64,000 nt of DNA. It comes from an uncultured virus (IMG/VR IMGVR_UViG_2858553787_000001). Lineage: Duplodnaviria; Heunggongvirae; Uroviricota; Caudoviricetes. Under the pieces are notes generated by a model. The model ran no database searches. It worked only from the letters and a program-made list of their open reading frames with translations, and was not told the DNA's origin. Location of the stretch: the IMG/VR virus record IMGVR_UViG_2858553787_000001. The stretch is one strand, 5' to 3'. Below, piece after piece: positions 9,537 through 19,200 of the stretch. Within the stretch, counting starts at the first letter, position 1, and each line of letters starts with the position of its first letter. Position numbers and translations under genes: made by a program.

Positions 9537-12500
9537 TTATTTGCTGTCTTCCGTCAGCCACGCACGGATCTGGCAGTAATAGCCGTCTGCCCATGCCTGA
9601 TAACCTCTTCCGGACGGATGGATGCTGTTGGTCAGCGTCCGGCTGGTTTCCGTGAACCGGTTCGTCACCGGCTTGTCCGAATACGGAAATGCCAGACGGC
9701 GGTCAGTGCGAAGTCCGTGGGCAAAACAGGTCACGTTCTTGTGGTACTTGCCAGCATCAAATGCCTTGATCAGTGCAAGATTCAGCGTGTTGATACTCAT
9801 ATGGAAGATACCCATGCTGGAACCGCACTGAAAAGAATAATCCGAGCCGGGACCACAAAGACCGATACCGATCTTGCAGTTCGGGAAGCCCGTCTCCTTA
9901 TCCAACAGCGCATCAATGAACTGTTTTGCCTGATCCACGAACTTCTGCACCTCTGCTTCCGTGCGGTACAGAGTAGTGCCCTGCGACACATCATTGGTGC
10001 CAAGTGCGATCAGGAAGTAGTCGATACCCTCGTAGCCGTTGGTCTCGCAGTATTTCTGGAAATCCAGACGGCCTTTGATCTTGTCCCAGAACGCATTCGT
10101 TTTGCCGGCGTAATCCGTGTCTGCCAGATACCGGGCAAAGGTCCAGCTACCGCGTCCTTCGTGCTTGCCGCCAGATGGTCCTCTCGTTCCCAGCTGGTGG
10201 ATCACGCAGTCATTATCCTCTGCCAGCAGACGATACACTTCCGTTGCCACAGAACCATTGTCCACGAGAGAGTCTCCACAGATGCAGATATTCTTCGTGA
10301 GCTTGTCCTTCAGCTTATGGTGGACCCTGACCTGGACAGGTTTGGACGATACCGTATGGCAGTCATCTTCATCCAGACGGCGGACGGTCAGTGCAAAATC
10401 CGTACTGTCCTTCGTCGGCGTGTAGTTCATGCAATACTCGTTCCGGGTCAGGCTCGGTGCATTCGTGCCTCTGGCGAGCACATACAGATTTTCCTTGCCA
10501 TCGTGTCGGGAAAGACAGTCAAAGAAGATGGAAAGCTGGCGGCCCTCCATGCAGTCCCAGTGGGACGGGGTCACGATGTCATCCTCTACAGCCGGAGTAA
10601 TGGCTTTCTGCACATAATCCGTGATACGCTTCGGGATGAAAGATGCCGCGTTATCTGCGAAGAGATCACCCGCTTTGTATTCCTTACCGCCCACAATGAA
10701 CTTCACATCCGGGTGGATGTGCGGATTATACAGCTTGTTCAGATACCAGCTTGCAATATAGAACCCATCCGTGCCCAGCTTTCGGAACAGGCTGGTGTCG
10801 TACAGATTGATGGTTTTCGTACCAGAGTCATAAGCGAGAATGCGCATCGGCATGCCGAAAGACGGACTCGGCGTATTGAATGCCATCTCTACCGGATCGC
10901 CTGCAGTGATCCATTCAAAGTTGAACGTATCCGGAACACCCAGACACTTGGTACTGACCTGGATCGTACCAGCATCCTGGTCAATGGTAATACCGCCGCT
11001 TGCCAGATACATATGGCGGGAATCCTTACCGGCAAGATCCGTGCGGAGCTGCTGGAAGCGGCTCTCATACTTCTTCTCGATATAAGAATCACGCCGCTCT
11101 TCATCGAACAGCTCACCAGCCTTATAAGTCGTCCCATCCAGCACAATGCTGAAAGAGGAACCCATGTGCGGATACCAGAAATGGTTTTCATACCATGCGG
11201 CGATATAGTAGCCATTTACTCCCAATGCCCGGAACTGTGCAGTGTTGTAAAGATTGATCTGATCTATGGACGAGTCATAGGCAAGGATCAGCATGTGATG
11301 CTTTTCCGCTTCCGTACTATCCAACATCGGCACCGGCTCCTCGCTGACACTGATCCAGAGGTAAGCACCGTTATCAACCACCGCCAGGATACGCTTCGTG
11401 ACCTGAATGGTGCGGTTGACCCTATCGATCGCAAACTGGCCTGTAGCAAGGAACATCTTTGCTGAACGGTACTTATGCCATGTCATCGCAGTATTCGCAA
11501 TCTTGGCTGGATTGCCATAATCGATCCCATTGATGACTGTACCGCTGCTTGAAGGAGCTGCATACACCACATTCCAGTCAAAAAAGACCGCAAACACAAA
11601 GCGGCCCTTTGTGAATAGATCGCCCCAGCTATCGCCGCTTGTATTTTCCACCTTAATGACAGGGACTTCTGTCTTTTCTCCCGTCTCGTCTGCGGATGCC
11701 TCCGCGCCATCATAATAGATCGCCCACCATTTTCCCACCACTGCAAAGTCAGCCGAAATACTGTTTTCCGCCACCAGTTTCGTCTGCTCATACTGTGCAC
11801 CGTTTGTACGGCGGCAGACATATACACTCTTTCCCGCCGGGAATGTGACCGTCACCTTGCTGCCCGTGAACCTGATATCCACGCTGCCGTTCATCCACTG
11901 CCAGCCTGTTGCGTAATTTGACAGCAATCTCAGCGGGAGCATGTTGTCATAAAGGTAAACAGAGAGCTTCGAGAACAGCTTTTCATTGGTGGTGACAGAG
12001 ATAAATCGGGTATTCGGAAGCAATGTGATCACATAGTTGTCATAGACCTTGCCGCTCTCTGCCCGGAAACAGCCGCCGAGGAATTTGCGGTCCATGTCAT
12101 AGCAGACCACGTTGCTGTAGTCATCCCGGCCGCTCATATAGCCGAACTGACCGTCCACCAGAATCGCATCACCGCTGACCGGGACCATGTGCGCCACGCG
12201 CCAGCTTTCCGAAGCTACAAGGTTGCCGTTCTGGTTTGCGTAACCATTTTTGATCACCCAGTTCTTCATGATATTCTGCATGGAACGCACCCTGCCGATG
12301 GCACGGATATTGTCACCGGCTGTGGGATAAGTCTTTCCCTCATCATCCACACGGGCATCTACCAGCTCCTGTGCATAGTTGGCATTTTTGTCTGTAGATG
12401 CCTTGACATTGGCATTGATCTGGGCTTTCAGCGTTTCTGCAGTCTTATCCATCTCGGACTTACTGGCCGCAACCGCACTGTTTGCGGCATCGACCTTCTG

Positions 12501-12842
12501 GGTGATATCCGCCACATCCTGCGCGGTCATCTTGCGCAGGGCTGCCACATCTGATGCAGTATCTGTACGAAGCTGCTCTACATCTGCCGCAGTATCCTTA
12601 CGGAACTGCTCCACTTCTTCTGCCGTATTCTGACGGTACAGAGCCATCTGCTCAGAGAACCGGGAACACATCGCCCAGTATTCCTCCTGGGACAAAAGCG
12701 TTCCGGCCGGCACAGGTTTCCGGCTCATATAGCTGTCGCCTGTGGATTCCTCATACACAATCGTAAGAGGCTCGTACTCTTTTACTTTGTCCCAGACACC
12801 ATCATGGCGAGGGACGATTCGGTTTCCGATATATTCCGACAT
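9537..12842 (-). CDS. Tail-associated protein with C-terminal SGNH/GDSL esterase domain
   Basis: GDSL, LGTND, HP motifs; N-terminal tail-anchor-like segment and coiled coil. Confidence 0.8.
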   Translation of the reverse strand: MSEYIGNRIVPRHDGVWDKVKEYEPLTIVYEESTGDSYMSRKPVPAGTLLSQEEYWAMCSRFSEQMALYRQNTAEEVEQFRKDTAADVEQLRTDTASDVAALRKMTAQDVADITQKVDAANSAVAASKSEMDKTAETLKAQINANVKASTDKNANYAQELVDARVDDEGKTYPTAGDNIRAIGRVRSMQNIMKNWVIKNGYANQNGNLVASESWRVAHMVPVSGDAILVDGQFGYMSGRDDYSNVVCYDMDRKFLGGCFRAESGKVYDNYVITLLPNTRFISVTTNEKLFSKLSVYLYDNMLPLRLLSNYATGWQWMNGSVDIRFTGSKVTVTFPAGKSVYVCRRTNGAQYEQTKLVAENSISADFAVVGKWWAIYYDGAEASADETGEKTEVPVIKVENTSGDSWGDLFTKGRFVFAVFFDWNVVYAAPSSSGTVINGIDYGNPAKIANTAMTWHKYRSAKMFLATGQFAIDRVNRTIQVTKRILAVVDNGAYLWISVSEEPVPMLDSTEAEKHHMLILAYDSSIDQINLYNTAQFRALGVNGYYIAAWYENHFWYPHMGSSFSIVLDGTTYKAGELFDEERRDSYIEKKYESRFQQLRTDLAGKDSRHMYLASGGITIDQDAGTIQVSTKCLGVPDTFNFEWITAGDPVEMAFNTPSPSFGMPMRILAYDSGTKTINLYDTSLFRKLGTDGFYIASWYLNKLYNPHIHPDVKFIVGGKEYKAGDLFADNAASFIPKRITDYVQKAITPAVEDDIVTPSHWDCMEGRQLSIFFDCLSRHDGKENLYVLARGTNAPSLTRNEYCMNYTPTKDSTDFALTVRRLDEDDCHTVSSKPVQVRVHHKLKDKLTKNICICGDSLVDNGSVATEVYRLLAEDNDCVIHQLGTRGPSGGKHEGRGSWTFARYLADTDYAGKTNAFWDKIKGRLDFQKYCETNGYEGIDYFLIALGTNDVSQGTTLYRTEAEVQKFVDQAKQFIDALLDKETGFPNCKIGIGLCGPGSDYSFQCGSSMGIFHMSINTLNLALIKAFDAGKYHKNVTCFAHGLRTDRRLAFPYSDKPVTNRFTETSRTLTNSIHPSGRGYQAWADGYYCQIRAWLTEDSK

Positions 12843-12864
12843 AATTTCCCCTTTCCCGGCTGTA

Positions 12865-13533
12865 TCAGCCGTTTGCAAATTCTACGATCAGCCGCCCGTC
12901 ACCATCCATTGAAAAGATGAGCTTCAGACCGTCTTCGGTGGTGAAAGCAAGATAGCCGTCATCCGTAACCGTACAGTTCAAAAGATTCTCGATGAATTTC
13001 TGGATGGTGCTGGATTCCGACTTGTCACTAAATCCCAATCCATCCTCCGACACAACGGCAAAATAGCCATCGTCCGTGATATACACTTCCAGCAGTCCCT
13101 TGCGGATGGCTTCCACAACACCGGCGTAGGTATAAGTGGCGATCTTGCCGTTGTTGATGGCTGCCCGCTCCACCTTCAATGTGAGGGAAAACGAACCAAG
13201 GACATCCCCCGCTGTGCTGAGCATAACAACATCCAGCGGAAACCACCCGGCCTGTGCGGTCATGAAGGTCGTGATCGTAAAGACGACCGCCCCATTTTCA
13301 ACAAACACAAGGTCGGACGCCGTCTCGCTGGTGTAATGAAAGATCGTGCCGTCCGGTCTGGTGCCGGAGCAGGCAACAATGCAGTCCTGCGGCACGGAAT
13401 ACTGCACCGAGTTGTTATACAAGACACATCTGACCTTCCGTGCCCTGTTGTCATACTGCTTGACCGGAACTGTCACTGGAATGAGATTTTCCGTCAGCGA
13501 CAGTTCCACTTCCTGATAAATGCTTGTGATCAT
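12865..13533 (-). CDS. BppU-like upper baseplate protein
   Basis: KQYD..R....LY, RPDG motifs; position after tail spike gene. Confidence 0.75.
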   Translation of the reverse strand: MITSIYQEVELSLTENLIPVTVPVKQYDNRARKVRCVLYNNSVQYSVPQDCIVACSGTRPDGTIFHYTSETASDLVFVENGAVVFTITTFMTAQAGWFPLDVVMLSTAGDVLGSFSLTLKVERAAINNGKIATYTYAGVVEAIRKGLLEVYITDDGYFAVVSEDGLGFSDKSESSTIQKFIENLLNCTVTDDGYLAFTTEDGLKLIFSMDGDGRLIVEFANG

Positions 13534-15473
13534 TACGCGCTCCCTCCTTCCGGATCGGTCTTCTTGTCATCTGTTTCTTCTTTGCCCCCATTATCTTTTT
13601 CTTCGGTGTCCGGGTTTTCCGGCTCTGTCGGCGTAGTCGGTTCCGTTGGCTGCTCCGGCTCATAGCCGATGGTTTGCCACTGTTCTCCATCCCAGAGCTT
13701 GAACCGCCGGTTTTTCTTATCGACCCAGAGCGTATCTGCTGCCGGGGTCTCCGGTGCGTTTTCCGATACCGGGATACTCGGCTGGTACTTTTTATCCAGT
13801 TCTTTTTCGACATCTTCCGACAGCTTCTTCGCCACGCTGTATCTCTCATCCAACTCCTTCTGCAGATCTTCTGGGATTTCCGTAAAGGTGCCATACCGCT
13901 TATCCAGTTCCTCATACAACTCTTTGGAAAGCTTTTTGGCAGTTTCGTACCGCTGGTCGAGTGTTTTCTGAAGTTCGGCAGAGATAGCAGCCGCTGTTTT
14001 GTACCTCTCATCCAGTTCTTTCAGCAACTCCTCGGAAAGCTCCGTGGCTTTCTTATAGCGGTCATCCAGTTCTTTGAGGGTCTGTTCCAGTAGGATCGCT
14101 GTCCTGACTGCGGTGTCATCCGCCTCCCAGCCATATCCCCACGTCTTACCGCCATCCGTGGATACAAACAACCCGGCAGCGCTGTTCTTCCATGCGACCG
14201 TTGACTGTTTCAAAGTCGCCGCATTGAATGCATACCGGGTCGTATTTCCCTTACTGTCAGTTTCATTTTTATAATGCAGTCCAAACAGCGCAGCAAAAAG
14301 CGCACCGTCATAAATAATGGATGCTGTAATCCCACCGACCTGCTCTCCCACTGCTGTCTCCGCACGGACTGCCGTATCATAGGCAATCGTTGCTGTATTC
14401 CGGATGCTATTGAGCGAACCGGTCAGAGAAGAATTCCGGCTGCTGACTGTGGAGTTCGACAGCGTAATGCTGTTATAGCGTTCCAGCAGCGCATCATACT
14501 CGGTTTCCGTGACTTTGGAACTGACTTCGATTCCCAGCTTTGAGATAAACACATGGACCGTATCGCAAAGGGAGACTCGCTCTGCTTCCACGATGTCTTC
14601 ATATCCCGGCGTATTCCAAAGCTGCAAAAAGTCGATCTTGATGTCGATTTCCGGCTCCGTTAAGTCCGTGGTGTCGATATAGTTCTGTGCGTATTCCCGG
14701 AGTGCCGCTTCGCTCGGCTTTTCCTGAAAATTACTGGTACAGTCCAGCGCGGTAATCTTCTGGTAAGGAACTGACCGTTTGCTTTGCAACACCACCTTCT
14801 CCGGCAGTTCCATGACCGCCTGCGTTTCGTTGTCTACCCAGTACGGATGCACACCTGTGATCGTGTTCTCGATGGATTTTTCCATCTTGAAATCCGTCAG
14901 GTTCTTACCGTAGATGATGTGGACGTTATGGTCAGCACCTCTTGTCTTATAGAACTTGACCGTATACCGGTTCCACTCGAATTCACCGCCAAAAACGTCC
15001 AGAACTGACCCGGCCATACCTCCAAGGCAGTTTCGGAAGGAGGATGGAACTCCCAGCGTAAAGGTTGCACTGGATTCCACATCCGTCCAGACATCGAAAG
15101 GGCAGTCAGAAGCAGCGTGGCTTTTCAGCCCCTGCATTGCTCCCACACACCCAGTCACTGAGAACGGGGAAACTGTGATGAAGTTCAGCTGGTAGGAAAT
15201 GTGCCGAGCCTGCACTTCCAGCTTTCCATCTATCGGGGTCGTGATCTTATAAATGCGGAATGGCTGGCTCTGCATCGTGTCCGATGGCTTGGCAAGGATG
15301 ATGTTCCCCTCTTCCAGCATCTCTGCATGGATGCCATCTGCCGGGCAGATGAGTTTCAGTTCATAGCTTCCGTTTCTCTTTTCGGTCACCGTACAGGACT
15401 GTGCATCTGCCAGCTTTCCGATGCCGTTATGGCCGAATTTCATTTCTCTAGAATCATATAAACATGGGATCAC
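13533..15473 (-). CDS. Tail spike / Tal-like minor structural protein
   Basis: G.L.DA..C.V.E.RNG.Y.L, YGKNL, L.D.V motifs; GTG start with GGAGG. Confidence 0.85.
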   Translation of the reverse strand: MIPCLYDSREMKFGHNGIGKLADAQSCTVTEKRNGSYELKLICPADGIHAEMLEEGNIILAKPSDTMQSQPFRIYKITTPIDGKLEVQARHISYQLNFITVSPFSVTGCVGAMQGLKSHAASDCPFDVWTDVESSATFTLGVPSSFRNCLGGMAGSVLDVFGGEFEWNRYTVKFYKTRGADHNVHIIYGKNLTDFKMEKSIENTITGVHPYWVDNETQAVMELPEKVVLQSKRSVPYQKITALDCTSNFQEKPSEAALREYAQNYIDTTDLTEPEIDIKIDFLQLWNTPGYEDIVEAERVSLCDTVHVFISKLGIEVSSKVTETEYDALLERYNSITLSNSTVSSRNSSLTGSLNSIRNTATIAYDTAVRAETAVGEQVGGITASIIYDGALFAALFGLHYKNETDSKGNTTRYAFNAATLKQSTVAWKNSAAGLFVSTDGGKTWGYGWEADDTAVRTAILLEQTLKELDDRYKKATELSEELLKELDERYKTAAAISAELQKTLDQRYETAKKLSKELYEELDKRYGTFTEIPEDLQKELDERYSVAKKLSEDVEKELDKKYQPSIPVSENAPETPAADTLWVDKKNRRFKLWDGEQWQTIGYEPEQPTEPTTPTEPENPDTEEKDNGGKEETDDKKTDPEGGSA

Positions 15474-15489
15474 TGGCTGCACCTCCCTC

Positions 15490-16266
15490 TTAAAGCGTCC
15501 ACCAACGTGGAGTCACCTCCACCGCTGTGATACCGCCTGTCCAAGTGATCTGTGTCTTGCCCTCTGGCAGTTCCGGGAAATCATCCGAAAGAATGGTCTC
15601 ATTGCAAAAACCAGAAGCGTTGTAAGCATTGTGCGTCTCACAATTGAGCAGCACATAGTCCTTGATGCTGTGGATGGTGATCTTCTCCTCACCCACATAC
15701 AGCTCACCGCCAGAATCTCCGTAGACCTTGAAGATAGGCTGCGCCGGAAATGCAAATGGGTTCTTCAAAGTTGATCTGCTGTCCAGCCGAATCGCCCTCT
15801 GCCCGTCCACGCTCCACCGCTGGGGCTTACAGTTGAAGGTCAGCTCCATCTCAGCGGCTTTCTGGGCTGTCACATCGAATTCCAGGGCGTCCTTGCAGAC
15901 TGCCATCCGGAAGAAATCCGGGTCGTAGGTGTCCTGCAATTTCTGATACCCGATCGGAGATAACAGCCATGCCTTGACCGCTGCTGTCTTGGCTGGCAGA
16001 CCGTTGAAGAAAAATGCCTTATACTTGATATCCACGTTCTGATATCTGCGTCTTCCTGTCCTTGCATTCTCGGTGATGATGTCCCCGTTCCTGCCGGGTA
16101 CGGAGGTACTCTCCACATCCGCAGCCGGGGAATCATACACACCGGGACCAGACAAATATAAAAGGAAATCTTTGCTGGACTTCCCTGCAAAGGACAGATA
16201 CTGTCTGGCGTATCTGCCTTTTAACTGAAACTGTGATACTGTCTGCTTTGGGGTGTTGTAGCCCAT
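15490..16266 (-). CDS. Distal tail protein (Dit)
   Basis: VPGRNG, L.DTYDP, F.CKP, FP.L..G...I, PRW motifs; follows TMP. Confidence 0.85.
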   Translation of the reverse strand: MGYNTPKQTVSQFQLKGRYARQYLSFAGKSSKDFLLYLSGPGVYDSPAADVESTSVPGRNGDIITENARTGRRRYQNVDIKYKAFFFNGLPAKTAAVKAWLLSPIGYQKLQDTYDPDFFRMAVCKDALEFDVTAQKAAEMELTFNCKPQRWSVDGQRAIRLDSRSTLKNPFAFPAQPIFKVYGDSGGELYVGEEKITIHSIKDYVLLNCETHNAYNASGFCNETILSDDFPELPEGKTQITWTGGITAVEVTPRWWTL

Positions 16267-16280
16267 ACGCATCTCCTCCT

Positions 16281-19200
16281 TTACTTGAAGACTGAATCAT
16301 CCTCGTGGATCATGCCGTTGATCTTATCGGCAACGGTCTGTGCGAGTTCATCGTCGTTCCGAGCGTTATAGCCATTGACCGTGATATACACACCGCCAAG
16401 GTTGGTCGTCCGGGTGGTACCGCCTCCGGCCAGAGCTGCCTGCGGGAAGTTCCAGCTAGAGCCATCGAAGTGCGGCAAGGTCAGTTCTGGCAGGATGAAG
16501 GAACTGATACCCTCCATACCCTGCTGCACCTTTGCTGCCATCGACCTGATCTGGCTGATCAGTCCACCCTCGCCTTTCTTGATGCCGCCGGAAAGCAGCT
16601 TCATGAAGTCGGGCATATAGGTGTCCGCATCTGCCAACGGCCCCTCATCCGGCACCGAGAAGTGCAGGAACGAACGGATACCACTTGCCACACTCTTGAC
16701 CGCACTGCCGACCCAGCTCACACCCTTTTTGATGCCTCCTGCAATGCCGCCAACGATGTCCTTGCCCCAGCTGACTGCCGAGGAAGCCACGTTCTTGATA
16801 CCGCCCCAGATGGACGATGCCACGTTGCCGATGGCAGAAGCCGCATTGGAAATACCATTCTTAATGGCGTTTACTCCATTCGAGAATACCGAAGTGACCT
16901 TGTTCCAGATATTCGTGACTCCTTCCCGGAATCCATCGCAGTTTTTCCAGAGAGCGGTCAGTCCAAGACCGATGCCGCCAACGGCTGCCACTGCGATACC
17001 TGCAGGACCCGCCAGGCCAGCAAGTGCTGTACCTGCGGATGCGAGGAAACCACCTGCGGAGCTTGCTACCCCTGCAAGGGCTGTACCTGCGCCAGCAGCC
17101 AGACCGGATACGGTCGTACCCACAGAACCGAGCAGACCGGAAAGCGTTGTGCCGACTGTCCCGGCAATACCGCCCAGCGAAGAACCAATAGACGATACGA
17201 TGCCGGAAAGACTGCCGCCTAAGCCACCGATCTTCGACACTACACTGGAAAGCAGCCCGTCCAGATTCGACAGGATTCCCCCACCGCTGGAACCAAGGCT
17301 TCCCAGCTTCGAGATGATGCCGGAGATTCCCTCTCCCAGACCACCCATTTTGGAGGTCAGCCCGGAGATCAGGTTGCCAAAGTTCGACACAATCTGACCG
17401 CCATCTGCGCTGCCGATCTTCGACAGGAAACTGCCGAGGTTGGACAGCAGACCGCCTCCGTTTTCGGAGCCAAGAACATTGCCGAGGTTCTGCAACGTAC
17501 TTCCGAGGTTTCCGATGGTATTCTTCATGGAGCCGAGCTTGTCCACAAGACCGGTGACCGTATTGACCGTGTCACCGACTTTACTGATGCCATTGCCCAG
17601 ACTCTTTAGAAAATCCGAGTTGAAGGTATCGCCAAGGCTGCGGATCGCATTTCCAAGGGAACTGGTCTGAGAACTCAGTTCACCAATGGAATCCTTCATA
17701 TCCGCAAAGCCCTGCTTCACCTCATCGCTCATGCCGCCGACTGCAGTTTTGGTGATGCCCTGCAGGTCTGTCCAGAGCTGCTGGAACTGTGTCTTCAGCC
17801 CGGAAAGTCCGGACATCAGCTGGGACTGGATACCGCTGCCCACATCCTTTGCAGCACTGCCGATACCGCTCTGGCTTCTCTTGATCGTGGTAGCAAAACT
17901 GCCGACCACGGAATCCATCCAGTCGCCCAGAGAATCTACCGGGGTCGTGAGGTTGCTGCTCATAGACCCGGCAAGTCCCTGCACGGCTTTCACCACTGAC
18001 TTGACATTTTTCTTAATGCCGGTTGCCAGCAGCTTCATGAAGTCCGGCATATAGGTGTCTGCATCGGACAGAGGTCCTTCGTCCGGCACAGAGAAATGCA
18101 GCAGACTTCTGACCCTGCTTGCGACATTTTCTGCCGCTGCGATCACGGAACCGGCTGCTGCCCGGACACCTGCCGCCATCTGGGAACAGATATCTGCGCC
18201 CCAGCGGTATGCTGAAGAAGCAATCGAACCGAGCGAGTTAAAGCTGCTCCTGATACTTGCGACACCGGAAGAAACCGTGCTGCGCAGGCTGGACATTGCC
18301 GAAGACACCGTGGACTTGATGCTGTTGAAAGCAGAGGTCGTAGTGGATTTCAGTGTGTTCCAGCCGCTCGTGACCGTACTGCGAACTGCGGATACAGAGG
18401 AAGTTGTAAGACTCTTGATGCTGTTCCATGCAGTCGTGATGACTGTTTTGATACCATTCCAGCTGGTGCTTGTCAGAGTTTTCACTGCGTTCCATGCGCT
18501 GGTCATGGAAGATTTTACAGATGCGGTCGCCGAAGTGGTAAGGGACTTGATTCCGTTCCACGCTGTGGTAATGACCGTTTTAATTCCGTTCCAGCTGGTC
18601 GTTGTCAACGACTTCACCGCATTCCATGCACTGGTCATGGATGTTTTCACTGCTGCTGTCGCAGAGGTCACATTGGATTTCACCGCCGAGAAGCTGTTCT
18701 GGATGGTGGTCTTGATACTGTTCCATGTGCTTGTGGTACTGGTCGTAATGGAACTCCATGCGGATCTCATCGCGGCACTTACACCTACCGTTCCGGTTTT
18801 CACCGTCTGGCTGATGGCTGCCCAGCTCTTACTGTATGCCTGCTCTACTCCCCTCATGGAGTTGGTAATGGAGGTAGACAGCGTGGTGGACAGGTTCTCT
18901 GCCGCCGCAGTCACAAGACCGGTGTTGGTCGTGATGCCGTTTGCCAATCCCTGCATGAAGTCCGGCATCCAGCTTTCCATATCCGCCAACGGTCCTTCGT
19001 CCGGCACGGAGAAGTGCAGGAAGGAACGGATACGGTCCGCCACTCCCGATACGGCACTTGCCACATCCTGAATTCTCGACTGGATACCGGACACAATGTT
19101 GCCGATCATGTCAGAGCCCCACGAAAATGCCTGTCCAGCCAGCCCCTTGATAAAGGAGACTGCACTGTTAAAGCCGTTCGTGATGGTGTTTTTGATACCG

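Noticed and set aside
9504..11465. 653-aa plus-strand ORF and many other long antisense ORFs (over TMP, recombinases, portal, endolysin)
   Set aside because: They lie opposite well-supported genes, lack SDs and motifs, and are expected shadows of GC3-rich codon usage
13451..14011. 186-aa alternative-frame ORF over the tail spike end
   Set aside because: No SD or motif; explained by repetitive low-complexity coding
9537..15473. Diversity-generating retroelement or invertible tail-fibre cassette
   Set aside because: No reverse transcriptase, no TR/VR pair and no inverted gene fragments seen
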